A stretch of 46,710 nucleotides of DNA, from positions 1 through 46,710 of IMG/VR virus record IMGVR_UViG_3300047277_000078; one strand, written 5' to 3'. This DNA comes from a virus (Duplodnaviria > Caudoviricetes). The position numbers and the translations under genes were made by a program. The notes under the pieces were generated by a model, which made no database searches, had not been told where the DNA came from, and was given only the letters and a program-made list of their open reading frames with translations. Of this stretch, positions 45,425-46,710 are shown piece after piece. Every line of letters starts with the position of its first letter. The first letter of the stretch is position 1.

Positions 45425-46267
45425 TTAGATAGCACAGCCACATCCACCTATATCAAATGTATCTTCTTCCGCTTTACCTATTTCTAGGTACTCCTCTCTG
45501 TATTGCCTCATAGTTATATAATTAGTGACATTATTTATAGTCTTTTTAAGAAAAGGTTTCGTATTACATTTATTTGCTAAAGATATTTCTATATCTTCAT
45601 GCTCTTTATATCTTTCAGGCATTACTTCGTATAATGTTTTAAAATGTCCCAGCCCTGCTTTAACACAGAATCCGCCACAATTAGCATGACCAAATCCCAT
45701 TTTATATAATCTAGGTTTTTCTATGCCGAACTTTTCGGAATAATCTTTTGGTATTATCCGTCCTTCTTCTACTAAAGTTGATCTATACACCCAAGGACGC
45801 ATATTATTTTGTACCCTTGTTAATCTATGGTGTTCTGAGAAGTCTATGCCTAAGTGTACTTCGGCAGCTAAATGACGTACTGTGCTAGTTAAACTTTTAC
45901 CGTATATATTAACTAAAGGTTCTTTTTTGTAGTCTAATACAGGCACTTCTACGTCTATTCCATAAGTTTTACCTATATATTTAATTAATAACTCTCTTTT
46001 TAACACTCTGCTACAGGAATCTAACCTACTATTGGCTACAAACCTCTGTTTTTCAAATAGTTCCCAAGGAGTCTTACCGTAGCAAAGTTTAACTAATTCA
46101 CAATCTAAATAAGTTGTAGCTTCCTGCAAGAATCTATAGTTATCTTCATCTTCTATAAGAGTATCAGCAAAAAGTAGTAATACATTTTCTTTACCAAACT
46201 TATCTACACAAGATTCGGCTTCAGCAAAGCTGCCCATGCCACTAGAAAAACTTACTATATGTTTCAT
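45425..46267 (-). CDS. PAPS-reductase-like (PP-loop, Cys-rich) phage protein
   Basis: VSFSSG.GS; LFADT..ED.D.YRFL; CSR.LK; HANCGGFCVKAG; GGCGC. Confidence 0.85.
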   Translation of the reverse strand: MKHIVSFSSGMGSFAEAESCVDKFGKENVLLLFADTLIEDEDNYRFLQEATTYLDCELVKLCYGKTPWELFEKQRFVANSRLDSCSRVLKRELLIKYIGKTYGIDVEVPVLDYKKEPLVNIYGKSLTSTVRHLAAEVHLGIDFSEHHRLTRVQNNMRPWVYRSTLVEEGRIIPKDYSEKFGIEKPRLYKMGFGHANCGGFCVKAGLGHFKTLYEVMPERYKEHEDIEISLANKCNTKPFLKKTINNVTNYITMRQYREEYLEIGKAEEDTFDIGGCGCAI

Positions 46268-46329
46268 TTTAATCTCTTTATTGGTTTAAATATGCTATTA
46301 TACCTTTTATCTTAAATACCACAACAACT

Positions 46330-46710
46330 ATGAAAACTATAGCAATATTAAAAACCATTCCTAAAGCTATATTATTACCTTATTTATCTAATAAATACTG
46401 CCCAGTTAATCGTAGAGTTTACACATATAAATACGGTTATAAGTTATCTATAAATAAATCTGCCTTAGTTTATTATATTAAATTTATACTTCCATCAGGG
46501 CTTATAGTATATAAAATAGGTTATACTTCTTTATCTTTAACTAAACGTATTGAGTATATGAAGTTACCATTAGATATTAAAGTAATTCCTATAGCGACTT
46601 ATCGGGCTAAGACTATTAAATTAGCGTATGTATTGGAGCAATATTTACATTCCTTATATCAGAAATCTAGGTATAGAGGATTACCTTTTCTAGCCTCAGG
46701 CAATACAGAG
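46330..46710 (+). CDS. GIY-YIG superfamily (T5orf172/Seg-like) nuclease, truncated by the window edge
   Basis: VYYIKF...YKIGYT...KR...LEQYLH...GNTE; the frame is open to the end of the window. Confidence 0.75.
   Translation, partial: MKTIAILKTIPKAILLPYLSNKYCPVNRRVYTYKYGYKLSINKSALVYYIKFILPSGLIVYKIGYTSLSLTKRIEYMKLPLDIKVIPIATYRAKTIKLAYVLEQYLHSLYQKSRYRGLPFLASGNTE

Noticed and set aside
4147-46710. Stop-codon reassignment
   Set aside because: Genes are full length and tightly packed under the standard code; the only apparent gap is explained by the G-T frameshift.

Overview
AT-rich (roughly 30% GC by eye) tailed-phage DNA. It carries a near-complete lambda-like siphovirus morphogenesis module on the minus strand: terS, GpA-type terL, gpW, portal, S49 protease/scaffold, gpD, gpE capsid, neck/terminator, tail tube, G/G-T frameshift chaperones, a 1819-aa tape measure with a lytic transglycosylase domain, M, L, K, I and a 3549-aa gpJ. 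Downstream come an accessory cluster, a lysis cassette (holin-like proteins, DUF1353, GH24 lysozyme) and side-fibre genes. The left end holds a plasmid-type Rep_3 initiator with 22-bp-spaced iteron-like repeats and no integrase in the window, which points to a phage-plasmid. The most unusual part is the ~1.5-kb non-coding AT-rich tract next to rep (2196-3711). It contains an ordered array of covarying hairpins with GNA triloops and tandem G.A pairs that alternate between strands, bracketed by two inverted copies of a larger conserved hairpin. I infer an ssDNA-structured cis system (priming, origin or ssDNA promoter). Also notable: a Hint domain followed by Gly inserted in the N-terminal Gly run of gpJ, a gpL lacking its Fe-S cysteine domain, inserted domains in gpD, the tail tube, gpL and gpJ, and a cos-like site at the left end. 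All family calls are by motif recognition; no database searches were run.
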